From Calcarisporiella thermophila CBS 279.70 (lineage: Eukaryota; Fungi; Calcarisporiellomycota): a stretch of 64,000 bases of DNA. Position numbers and translations under genes: made by a program. Below, one piece after another: positions 1 through 12,498 of the stretch. Under the pieces are notes generated by a model. It was given only the letters and a program-made list of their open reading frames with translations, was not told the DNA's origin and made no database searches. The stretch is taken from the NCBI RefSeq assembly GCF_041956535.1, contig NW_027192214.1, forward strand, positions 287,205 through 351,204. The letters run 5' to 3'. Within the stretch, counting starts at the first letter, position 1; each line of letters starts with the position of its first letter.

Positions 1-735
1 TAAAGGGGAAGGAGTTTATAAACTATAGTAATATTGTAGAAAAAGTATAGGGAAGTGCGAACGTAATTCTTACTACATGTTTCGCTATCTATATGTTATC
101 TATTTGTTTTCACCAGGCGGAATTTTTGTAGGGTAACATTATTTGAATCTCGGATTAGATTACACTTTGATATCACCGCCCACTCCGGGTTGTCCACTAA
201 GGGACTACAGAAGATAATAGGTGATGTATTAAATATCATCGTTGTAAAAGAAAATAATTCTGCTGAGATGTTATGAAATGGGTCTAAATGATAATATGGA
301 AAGCTACGCATTCAATTCATTGAGAACTAAACATAATGAAACATGAGCAAAAACAAAGTAAAATTTATCGTAGCCGCTTTCATTATATTTACATAACTAC
401 ATATCAGTTTGAAATGCAAGGAATCATCCAAACTTATATGTTGGTATTTTGATAGCTCAAAGCCTAAGAAAAATTATTGCCCGTCGGGTGTTGAAATTTT
501 CTACTGAGTAGTATTACTTTCAGTAGCGAACACGTCTTGATTCAGAGATCTTTGTCAGACCGTTAGATCACTAGTTTCTCTGTGTTAGCTTACTATCTTT
601 ATCTATTTTATTGACTCTTTTTTTCTTATAATTGGAAAGAATTGCGCTACGCTCTTTCGATCTCATTTTTTTCAATTTAACGCGGAATAATTACTTAAGC
701 ACCCGTTGCGTAGCAATTGAGCGGAATTATTGGTG

Positions 736-3700
736 ATGCAGGGTCTCCGATTATCCCGGAGCAGTCTCCCGGTGATGTGCCGGCGAGTGTTACAGATAGC
801 TTTTATGATACTCATTTGTGCCGTTTGTATGGTCCAAACGCAAAATGTAGGTCTTGCCAAGACCGGCTTTGAGAATCTTCCCTCCACGATCTTCTATTTT
901 GAGGATTCAGGAGTCATTCTCTACTTCGACTCATTAAAAGGGAACGTATACCGCTCACCTGATGAGGGGAAAAGCTGGGCTGCTGTTAGTGGTGTTCCTC
1001 CCAACTCTGCTATTTCTTTGATCCAGCATCCATTTTCTAAAGACTCGGCAAGTTTCCCTTTTATTGGTGAACATAAGTGCTCAATCTTATCAATCCCACT
1101 TTTAATTTAGGCATATATACTGGTGGCAGGAACAACCCACTACAAGACTGAGGATAAAGGAGAAACTTGGCATTCATTTGATGTCCCATTGCCGCCTGCT
1201 TCAGAATCTCAAGTTCTAGCTTTTCATGCAGAGCGACCGCGGTATGTCCTCTACTCTGGGACAAAATGTGATCATAACTCAGGCTGGTCAGGCAAATTGT
1301 GTCATGATGAGGTACGAATATTTACCTTTTTAAACATGGTATTTATATAAACTCTTTCTTTTGATATAGACATTCTATACCAAAGATGCATTTGATACCC
1401 CTCCTAAACTGTTATTATCATATACTTCCAAATGCATTTGGTCACGTTCCACCACCAATTTCCAGAACACTCCTGTGCAGACCATTTTTTGTACTGAGTT
1501 TGCTTCTAAAGATAATACGGGTGTGTTTGACCGTGTCAAAGATATTCGTCTAGTACAATCGGACGACTTTTTTGAGTCAAAAACCGTTGTCGCATTAGAG
1601 AGAGGAGCTGAAGTTCGCGGGGTGGTCGGCATAGGAGCTGTTGAAAAATTCTTAGTCGCTGCGGTTAAGGTCCTTGAATCAGAAGAGATGATTATGTATG
1701 TTACCAATGATGGCAAACAATGGGCAAAGGCCCAATTCCCCTCCAGCGCCGGACCTATTCATGAGCACGCCTACACAGTATTGGAATCATCTGCGCACTC
1801 GTTAGTTGTGGATGTGTGGGCTACCAGAGGCTCCTACGGCACACTCTTCTTTTCCAATTCCAACGGCACATTTTATACTAGATCGCTTGAACATACCAAT
1901 CGCAATAATGACGGAATTGTAGATTTTGAAAAGATACATGGTATATATAATATATTTTATATATTTCGTGTAGCATATCTAACAATATTTATAAGGTGTG
2001 GATGGTATTCTCATTGCTAATGTGGTAGAGAATTGGAATATGCTATCTGACCAGTGGCGTGAATCATCTAAAAAGTTGCGAACAAAGATGTCTTTTGATG
2101 ACGGTGGAAGTTGGCGATATATCAAGAATGTCGTTAATATTCAGGGAATGAAATTCGATTGCCTAAATCAGCATCATGAGGACGAAGGTGAATGTGCGTT
2201 GCATCTACATGGGGTTACAGTTCCACACAATTTCGGGCAGGTGTTCGCCTCTGCTTCTGCACCTGGGGTTGTAATGGGAGTGGGAAATGTAGGGCCTAAT
2301 CTAAAACCATACGATGAGTGCGATACTTTTCTCTCATTCGACGGAGGATTGACATGGAGAATGATAATGGAAGGTGCTCGCAAGTATGAATTCGGTGATA
2401 TGGGAGGTATATTAGTGATTGCCGATGATGAGAATCCCACAGACCATATCCACTACAGTTTTGATCGTGGCGCTACATGGTATAATTTATATTTTTCGCC
2501 CATTTTCATTTCAAACAAATCTCTTATTCTCACGGATTTTTACAGGACTAAATTTGATTTGGGCATCAGTGTTCGTGTTCGCATGCTGACAACCGACCCA
2601 GATTCAACATCGCAAAAATTCATCCTCATTGGCTCGTATATAAGAGGTGATCAAAAAGGAGACAGTCATCCTATATACTTGTTCCAAATAGATTTCGAGA
2701 CACTTAACAAACGGAAATGTAAGATTACCTTTCATAATATGGAAAACCACCACCCATTAATCAAAGCTGTATATAACCAGGTGTTCTTGATGAGAATAAT
2801 CCGGAACGCTCCGATTTCGAAAAATGGTATGCGCGGAATATGGAGGATGGCCCCGATTGCCTCATGGGTCACACGGTAATAAATAGCAGTATTTAAGTAG
2901 AAATTGATCCTCAGCTAAAAATTTTTTATTTGATAGACAGCATATTGGCGTCGTAAAGCTAATGCAGATTGCTTTGTTAACGAGAAATTCAGTGACCCTA
3001 AAATTATAGTTAAAGATTGCGCATGTGATGACGAGGACTTTGAGTGGTAAGCCTTCTAGTTCACTTGATTAACGATAAAAATTTTTCTTGATATTAATTG
3101 ATCATCTTTTTTAAAGTGATATTAATTTTGTTCGAGACAATACCGGCAAATGTGTGCAGATCGGACCAGACGTTGTTCCAGAGTCTGCTTGTAGAAATGC
3201 TGGGGATTCGTACAAAGGCTCATCTGGGTATGCAAATAGTTATATTATTGGCCTTACATTTATCTAAAATAATTTTATTTTGAAGTTATCGCTTGGTGCC
3301 TGGCAACACTTGTGATAGGGAAAAAGGGAAAAAACTTGATGAGCCTGTTGACAAACTATGCAAAGCAGGTATGTTTATTTACTTAGTAATTTTGCTTCCA
3401 CTACTTACTCTATTTTTCTAGACCAAGTTACTGCTCCACCACTTGGAGATGTAAATCATAAGTCGGTACGTAAACTTGCTCTCATTTATTTTAATTATTA
3501 TCCTCAATTCTTACTTTTATTACTCGTTGCAGACTATTTTTTCTCACGGCATCGATTATTTCTATTATTTTGCAAAGTCACCGGTCATTTTACTTAAAAC
3601 TGTTAACAACCAAGTATGGAGAAGTGAAAATGAAGGTGAAGATTGGACTCAGGTCTTGCAAGATGCTGGCCCTATTGGTGTGATGATAATGCATGAGCAT

Positions 3701-6700
3701 GATAATAATCGTGCTTATTTCTTTACTGAGACGGAGCTATACAGTACCACAGATCAAGCAAAGACATTCAATAAGATTAAAATCCCACTTGGTCCTAACA
3801 AACTAGATCTTCCCCTCCTGGATTTCCACCCGGAACATAGTGACTGGCTATTATTCGTTGGTGCAACTCCTTGTCCAGGATGTCATACCGAGGCCTACTT
3901 CTCGTCAGATCATGGCTCTAACTGGCAACAAATAGATACATGGGTGGAAAAATGCATTTTTGGGCGGGATGTTGCTTTCAAAGAAACGCCTGAAAGCACG
4001 ATTTTTTGCTCCTCATATCGTAACAAGGATTCTCATGATGGACAGGATATTCTACTTGGGCATAGTACAGAGGCTAATCCGCTTCAGTTCTATCGTACTG
4101 ATGACTATGGAAAAAATAAGGAGATATTATTTGATAATGTGGCCGAGTTTTACGTTTTCGAAAAATTCATGACAATTGCCATAGTAAGTATATCAGATTA
4201 TTTTTTGTTTTTTTTTTCAAATATTGGGTGTTAATGACTTGATATATAGGAAAAGGGCGAGACACTTTCTTTGAAAGTGTCTGTTGATGGCAATAGTTTT
4301 GCAGACGCTCAATTTCCCCCTCAAACCCGTGTAGATAAAAACGTAATCTCAAATGAATAGTCGTTTATAAAACTAGATAACAACTTTTGTCTCTTTTAGG
4401 CATTCACTATACTCCAATCTACTACTGGCTCCATATTTTTGGACGTAATGCGAACAACCACTCAAAATCGGGAGTTTGGTTCCTTGTTCAAATCAAATAG
4501 TAATGGAACATTTTACACGGTTACTTTACCAAATACCAATCGCAATAGTAAAGGCCTAGTGGACTTTGAGAAAATACAAGGGGTAAACGGTATTGTACTC
4601 GTAAATCAGGTGATAAATGCTGAGGAAGTCAATATTGGCGGAACTAAAAAAGTCCGCTCAATGATTTCATTCGACGATGGGGGTCAATGGGAACCGCTTC
4701 GACCGCCAAAAGAGGACGCGCTTGGTCGTCCGATTGAGTGTCAACAAAAATGCCAGCTAAACTTACATGGTCGTACGGACATCCGAGGGCCAGGTGCCGT
4801 CTACAGTGCTGAAGGCGCTCCTGGGTTGATGATGGGTATTGGGAATGTTGGAGAATCGCTTCTTTCCTATGAGGATGGCAACACATATTTAACACGCGAT
4901 GGAGGACGCACATGGACTGAAATTCGTAGAGGCGAGAGCCTTTATGAATTCGGAGATCAAGGTTCTATTTTGGTAGTAGTTGACGATGAGGGTCCCACCG
5001 ATTCTCTGATGTTAATATCAATAATATTCTCTTTGTCCATAGAGATTCTTTACTGATATTGTTCCATTTTGATAAATTAGGTACTCGTGGAACATGGGGA
5101 AAGATTGGTCTAAGTATACATTCGCAGATACTCCTGTTCGTGTTTCGATCTTGACAACAGAACCAAAATCGTCGACTCTAAAATTCCTTATACTTGGTCA
5201 TACTATCCCTACTTCTACTCACGAGTCACAGCAAGTAGTTATAAGTGTTGATTTTTCCGGACTCCAGAAAAGAAAATGTGTACTCGACCCTAAAGATGAC
5301 TCAATCAACGACTTTGAGCGGTGGTCTCCTCGCGATGCGGACGATTCCAAATGTCTCCTTGGGAAGGAGGTAAGTTTTAAAATTCACACCATTCAAATGG
5401 ACAGTTCATAACTGGTTTATCTTAGATTATATACTGGCGTCGAAAGAGCGAGAGACAGTGCTATATTGGAGATAATTTTGGTGATCCTGATACAATTAGC
5501 GAGGGTTGTTCCTGTTCAAAACAAGATTTCGAGTGTGATTTTGGTTATTGGAGAAATGAAAATGGTGAATGCGTTTTATTCGGCTATGACCCTGATCGCC
5601 CAGCAAACTGCCCACCTGGAACAAAATATATGGCCAGCTCGGGCTACCGCAAGATTACAATGAGCTCATGTCAAGGCGGGGTTGATCTAGAAAAGAAAGT
5701 AGAAAAAGTGTGTAGCGAGACTGATGGAGTCCAAATTCGTACAATGGAGTGGGATACCCTAATGGCTGAGAACTTCTATTTTGAAAACACATCCATCGTC
5801 CTAATGCGCACTGTCGATAACCAAGTATACCGCACTGAAAATGAAGGGTATTCATGGACTCGTGTTCTGCCAGAGCATAAGATAATCCGAATTTTGCATG
5901 ATTCGCATTTCAACGATCGAGCTTTCTTTATTACTGAGGGGACAACACATTTTGTTACCAATGATCATGCGATTACATTTGGTAAAATCGACGTCCCTAT
6001 GAAACCCAACTTCTTTGATATCCCTATCATTTCTACGCACCCAGAAGAACGTGATTGGCTGATCTATGTCGGCCAAAACGGCTGCGACTCTTTTCTCTCA
6101 GAGAAATGCTTCGCCGATGCCTACTATACACAAAATGGGGGTGGTAGATGGGATCCGCTCGGTCAATATGTTCGCAATTGCCAATGGGCTCGTGATGCTA
6201 AGTTTAAAAAGGCGGATACTAAGCTGATTTTTTGCGAGTTTTACACTGAAAAAGCCGGTTCACAATCGAGATTTTTTGGAAAAGAACTGGAGCTCTATGC
6301 AAGCTCTGACTTTTTCAAGACTTCGCGCGTTGTCTTTAAAAATATTGTCGGGTTTGCCACCTTTGAGGAGTTCATGGTGGTTGCTCAACTTGGTGAATCT
6401 TTGCAAAATCTGCGATTACAAGTATCATTAGATGGCGATACTTTTGCTGAAGCTCATTTCCCATCTGGTGTGCATGTTAATGACGTAAGATCTTAAGTAT
6501 TTTATACTTTAATTATCAATGTTTCTAACTTATACTCATTAGGCATTTACTGTTCTTGAATCCTTGACTCATTCGATATGGCTACATTTGACCTCGAATG
6601 TAAAGAGAGGAAGTGAATGGGGTACGATTTTTACTTCCAACTCTAATGGAACTTATTACCGGCTTTCTTTGGATTACGTGAACCGGGACGAGAAAGGTTA

Positions 6701-8360
6701 TGTCGATTTCGAGAAGATGCAGGGTATTGGTGGGATTGCACTTGCTAACCAAGTAGTAAATCCAAATCAAGCCAACATTGGGGACCCTAAAAAACTCAAG
6801 ACTTTGATAACATTCGATAACGGAAGCAGGTGGAAGCGTATCAAAGCACCTGAGAAAGATATGGATGGCAAGAGTTACAATTGTGGAGAGGTATTTTTTT
6901 AAAATTTTATTTATAGAGTTTAGGCTAATATAACTATTTTGTTGGAAATTTCATTCTTCAATTAGAACTGCTTCCTTAATCTCCATAGCTATACGGAGCG
7001 ACGAAATCCTCAAGATATGTTCAGTAGCTCTCCAGCTGTCGGCCTGATGATCGGAGTCGGTAACGTTGGAGATACTTTACTACCATATCTGGATAGTGAC
7101 ACGTTCATCACACGCGATGCTGGTGTTACTTGGACTGAAGTTAAGAAAGATGCTCACATGTGGGAATTTGGCGATCAGGGAGCAATCCTTGTTCTCGTTA
7201 ATGATGAAGAGCCAACGGACCACGTTTTATACTCGATAAATGAAGGACAAACATTCCATGAACTAGCATTCACCAAACCAACTGAGAAAGTGCGTGTCAC
7301 AGATATTGCCACGATACCCGGTGGTACTAGCCGTCGATTTATTGTCTACGGAACCAAAGGCTCTCATCCAACAAAGCAAGTAGCTATACAACTTGATTTC
7401 ACTGGCATCCACAGGAACCAATGTACATAATTTTTCACCATAATTGGATGATTTATATATCACATCTAAACTTATATTTTTAGGCAAACTGGATCTGGAT
7501 CATCCAAATGACGACGATTTCGAGCTATGGAATCCAGGCGATGTGAATGGCGAACACTGCCTCTTTGGACGCGAGGTAATTCTTTAGATATTAATGTATA
7601 GAAAGGCACATATTTATATATAATTGTATACATATGTATCAGGTAAAATATCACCGCCGCATACTTGGCCGTGATTGCTATATCGGAGAGAAAATGGTGC
7701 AGCCAAGAGCTATTATACGAAATTGTACTTGTACAGATGCCGACTTTGAATGGTAATTTATTTAGAGTTAATTTTGAAGGTAATTTTAACTAAATGTATA
7801 CATATTAATATAGCGATTACAATTATATTCGCGACAGCAATGACAAATGTGTATTGACTCCTGGAGCACAACCTCTGCAACCGACATGCACAGCAGACCA
7901 GCTTTATTACTATGAGATGACTGGATATCGCAAAATTCCCATTTCATCTTGCGAAGGAGGCGTGGAGAAAGACAAAGGAAACAAAATATATTGTCCAGGC
8001 AAGGCATCCTCTAGTGGCATATGGGCATTTATCCTCCTGCTACCCCTTGGAGTTGCAGGAGTAACCGCAATTGTGTGGTGGTATCGCAAAGGAGGACAAG
8101 TCGGAAGAATACGACTACCTGATTCTGTCTACGATACCCCCTCTATTTTCGGGAGAATAGCCTTAGCAGCGTATGGCTTAGTCGTTACATTATTAGAAAA
8201 GTTACAGCTCCCATCTTTCATTTCACAGCTATTTGACCGGGTGAGATATACCCCTCTTAGTCAAGAAGAGCCTGCAGAAGTGCTGATGGATGATTACCTT
8301 CCTAATGGCCACTCATACGACGATGAGGATGAAGTGGATGAGGAGATAGAAAGGCAGTAG
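736..8360 (+). CDS. VPS10: Vacuolar protein sorting receptor Vps10/Pep1 (sortilin family), ~19 introns, three tandem Vps10 (beta-propeller + 10CC) domains, TM helix and acidic tail
   Basis: Hydrophobic signal segment; many Asp-box motifs ([24 protein letters not shown]); SNSNGT..NR..G.VDFEK motif three times (~1853, ~4493, ~6636); Cys-rich 10CC segments; [25 protein letters not shown]; tail with YTPL. First intron is GC-AG (1048-1110). Start could be ATG 736 or 775. Confidence 0.96.
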
Positions 8361-8878
8361 TTCTGGATTTCTACATATTGCGTTTTTTTTCTTTTATCTG
8401 GCGGCGTTTAGAGCAACATTTTTATTGATTTGTGACTCTTTCTTGGATTTTATGTACGTGTAGCAAAAACAATTTTACGTTCTTTCATACAAATTATTAT
8501 TAGCCACAGAGAAACAAGGTCTCAAAATCTTATCATCAAATTCCAAGACATAACAACCTTTTGAAACTTAACAAACAAAGTTTTCCACGACCGTGAGATA
8601 AAATCGAGAACTGTTAATTATTGTTAAAACATGATAAATAGGAATATGACATTCTCGCCAAAGTTGCAACCTGCACCCACGCACCGACCTTGTTTCCGTA
8701 GGCAAAAGCCTCTATCTATGCTCGCTTTTAGCCCAACGGTCATTATAAATAGCTTGTCTTAATAGTTTTCTTCCCCTTATTTTCTAGCAATTAATTCATC
8801 TATTTAGCTCAAACTCATTAAAATCTTATCTCCATTATTTTGAGCAATTATTTATTGTTTTGAATTTTTACTATTACT

Positions 8879-10036
8879 ATGGGCCGACGAAAAATTCAGA
8901 TCGAGGAGATAGTAGATGTCCGTAGTAGACAAATGACTTTCCTGAAGCGCAAACATGGGCTTATGAAAAAAGCCTATGAACTTTCAGTTTTGTGCGGATG
9001 TGATGTTGCCTTAATTATCTTCAATTCCAACAACAAGCTAGTACAATATTCTAACGTAGATTTGAAGAAAATTCTCAAAAGACATAATCAGGTAAGTATA
9101 ATTAAATAATTTCTTTCGCTTTTGCTAACTAATTAATAAAACTTTTAGTTTAAAGGGCCAAGGGAAATTCGAACTAACTCCGATGTAAGTTTAAATAAAA
9201 TTATCCAAATATCATGAATCTTATGTTAACAAGTTTTATCTTTTAAAGTTTATTAAAAATAGCTTAATTAAAGAGCAATCAGACTGTGAAAAATGGAGAG
9301 AGGAAAAGCGGAAACCCTCAATTAGAACGATTGCACTTACATCACCCTCGCAGCCAGCCACGCAAAACTTTCCTCGCGAGCACGAAAATATGCCGATGGA
9401 ACAGCATAACGATCCTCTGGTAACGTCTTGTACATTGCCTCATAGTGCTAATGTTTGCACTAGCTGGGATACAATTCCTTGTTCACATAATTTTGAGCAA
9501 ACCGCAAGGCAATATCCAGAGGTTCAAACCACGAAATCGCAGGTCAAAGATCAAGAGTTTCCTCTGAGAAAATGTTCTGACGCTTCGGATCAATCTATCC
9601 TTGATACAGTAAATGATAAACTCTCACTTTTTGAGATGAATCAAGGGGTAGCGCATACTTTTCTATCTAATCAATCGGTAATTTCTGGTCTATTATACAT
9701 AATTTTCATAATAGGACACTAAATGTATAAGAGTAGGCCACTTTCCCAACTCGAACAATCAATGATGATGTGTCCTCTTACCACCTTTCAACTTTAGAGC
9801 GAGGTTTCCCGCATGCTTCTCTCAACTATCCGGAGATAATGAGCAGCGAGCCCTCAAGTTCTTTCTCTATTACATCAAATAGTACCAATATCTTCAACTT
9901 GCATTTGCCGCACAATTCATCTGTAACTTCAACACGCTTCTCAATACCCTTTACGTGCATGTTAAAAGATCCAGTTTCAGAGGAATCACGTTCCGTAACT
10001 TTTGATTACAATCAATTATTTAGAAAGCAGTGTTAA
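8879..10036 (+). CDS. MEF2-type MADS-box transcription factor (Rlm1/Smp1-like), 4 exons
   Basis: [48 protein letters not shown] followed by MEF2-like [23 protein letters not shown]; introns ~9092-9148, 9185-9248, 9678-9736 keep the frame. Confidence 0.92.
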
Positions 10037-10235
10037 GTTATAGAGAAACGTCTAGTAAAGTTGAATTTATTCACACCAATATGGCGAAATACAAAATCTA
10101 GTAGATTGAAATATGTGTATATTGTTCTATTGAAAATTAGTCTGACAAGTTGCTCTCTGTATTAGAAAGTCCGAAACGCTTGATGAAATACTATTTACGA
10201 CAGCGGTTAATAAAACAAATTTTGAAATTTAAATA

Positions 10236-12386
10236 TTATCCCCTTACCTTTTCGCGGAATGCATAGTGTCCAGGGGTTTTTGCTGCTTGCTCTTCTCCGA
10301 GTGAAAGTGCATCAATTTTATCAGTTATATCTATCTCAGCCTTGTCACTAGCTGCTTTATATTGCTCTAAATCGCACTGAGACTGTGGTTTAATGTAAGG
10401 GCAGACTTTTTCCATAGTTATCAGCCTCCGTGCCCATTTTCCAAACGATTGCTCGCTATTAGCAACTAATCGCATCGAGGGATGCAGTGGAACATCTTCA
10501 GGGGTATATCTATATATGTATGCATTAAGTTAGTTGTGTAGCATGTTATTTAACTATTAGCTGAAATAAACAATTACTCTTCTGGTAAAGTTGGTAACCA
10601 ATACACTAAACGACCACCAACTTTTAAGAATTTAGCTGCAAATTCCAGGAGATGTTTTAATACCTCCGACATTTCCCACGGTTGAGTCGGAGGATAGTAC
10701 TCTTCACGTCTATTGTTGGATGAAAATAGAGCTAAATTTATCAATATCCTTCATTTTTGTCTCTACGATACTTACAAATGCATTGGGATATCTCCTGGAA
10801 ACGCTGGCTCAGTTTGCACTGGTTTTTTTAGCGGAATCTTGCGGCCAAGTTTTTTAGCCCCTGCTCTTACGCCGTATGGTGCTAAATGAGAGAATAATAT
10901 TGCAATGTAGAAACAACGCTAAGCTTATAATATGATTTAATAAACTTACGGTCTGATGGCCGGAAAGTTGACGGAGATAAAATGTGGATGAATGAGTTAA
11001 ATGGGAAGGGCAAAATAAGAGATATCAATAATAATAATTACCAGTTACAATCCCGTCAAAAATAGGAACTTCTCTCCATGGGTGATGGCATAAATCAAAT
11101 ACGAGAGTATCCAGTACTTTTCCATTGATTTGATACTGGGATATATTATCCCTAACACCGCGATCCTCTATTGTTATGCGAGCACTTTGAGTACGACTGA
11201 AATATATAAATGCACGTATAGAAATAAGGTACCTCGCCCACGGATTTGCCGCCCATCAATATCAGATCCCATTGTGAAAGCCCCAAAATGTGCACATGTA
11301 AACAAAAAGCTCCCAGTTCCAACAAATGGATCGTAAATTAATTTACCAGGAGATGCCTAAAAAGACCAATATGAATTGACGAAGAAAAGCGTAAATATGA
11401 AGTTACTGATATATACTAGAGCTTGATTAGCCATTATCAATGATAGCTCAGCATCCATTGTGGTATTTCCGATGTAACGCCTTTTTTTCACATTAAATTT
11501 GGCAATAAGTTCTCGGTTGCCAGATGCAATCTAATTAACAAGAGATTTAAAGAGAATTTAAGCGGTTTTCTAATTAATTTAATATCTTACCAATCGACCC
11601 ATATAGATTGTATGGGGATCTAGAACATCAAAATCTCTCTCCGTTTGCAGTCCATAATCTTCTATTACTGCAAATTCCACATCAGGGTTGCGTAAATCTA
11701 TCTTACCACGGAACTTGAGGTAAGAAAACGAGTTGATTATCTTAAGCTGTTGCTCCGAGCTACAGGCCTTTCCAAAGCCATGCACCGTAAATTTAAAAGA
11801 TTTCTCCATATATTCTGGCTATTGGAAAAAAAATTTTTTTAACTACTGGTTGCCAACAAGATTACCAGAAAGGGTTCTCCAGTTTTACTTACCCATCGAT
11901 CGGGATTTGCTTTAACAGACTCATGAACCTCTTGATAATTACTACCAACGCCCCAAAGCTCATAAATTGCTCTAAAATTGTTATATATAGTATTAATAAT
12001 GTTAGTACAGAATTACCCAAATAGCTATTCATAAATATTTTCAAGGCAGAAACCAAACGTACTTTATCAATATTGCCCTCCTAATTAACTTCGATGCATC
12101 TTCGTCTGATGCTACTTTAATTTGAAGAAATGGACACTAATCCAAATAATAAAATGTTAGATTCATCCAACTTAGCAAAATAAAACATAATTACATTGTT
12201 TTTATATTCAAGAGGGTTATATTCTACAGTAATGTTTTCTAATTTCTTTAATGATTCAAATTCTGCAAGACGAAATTCCTCATGGAACTAGAAGATACAA
12301 GAGATATAACTTAACATTAGCAAATGTGCTTGACGATTATAAAATAAACTGTTTACTTGTGCAAATTGAACTAGGTATGTTTTCAT
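10236..12386 (-). CDS. TRM11: tRNA (guanine-10-N2)-methyltransferase Trm11, multi-exon incl. a 3-nt micro-exon
   Basis: MKTYLVQFAQ|FHEEFRLAEFESL; YIGNTTMDAELSLIMANQA; SAM-binding YDPFVGTGS; GSDIDGR; spliced IVTDPPYGVRAG; LKVGGRLVYWLP. Confidence 0.95.
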
Positions 12387-12498
12387 GGTCTCCGTTTTTG
12401 CTTAAATCCCTAATTACTGGACTTCTCTATATTATATATGACTATATTTACTATTGTGGCTTTATTTAATTATAACAAATGACTGCGTTTTTTTCGGT

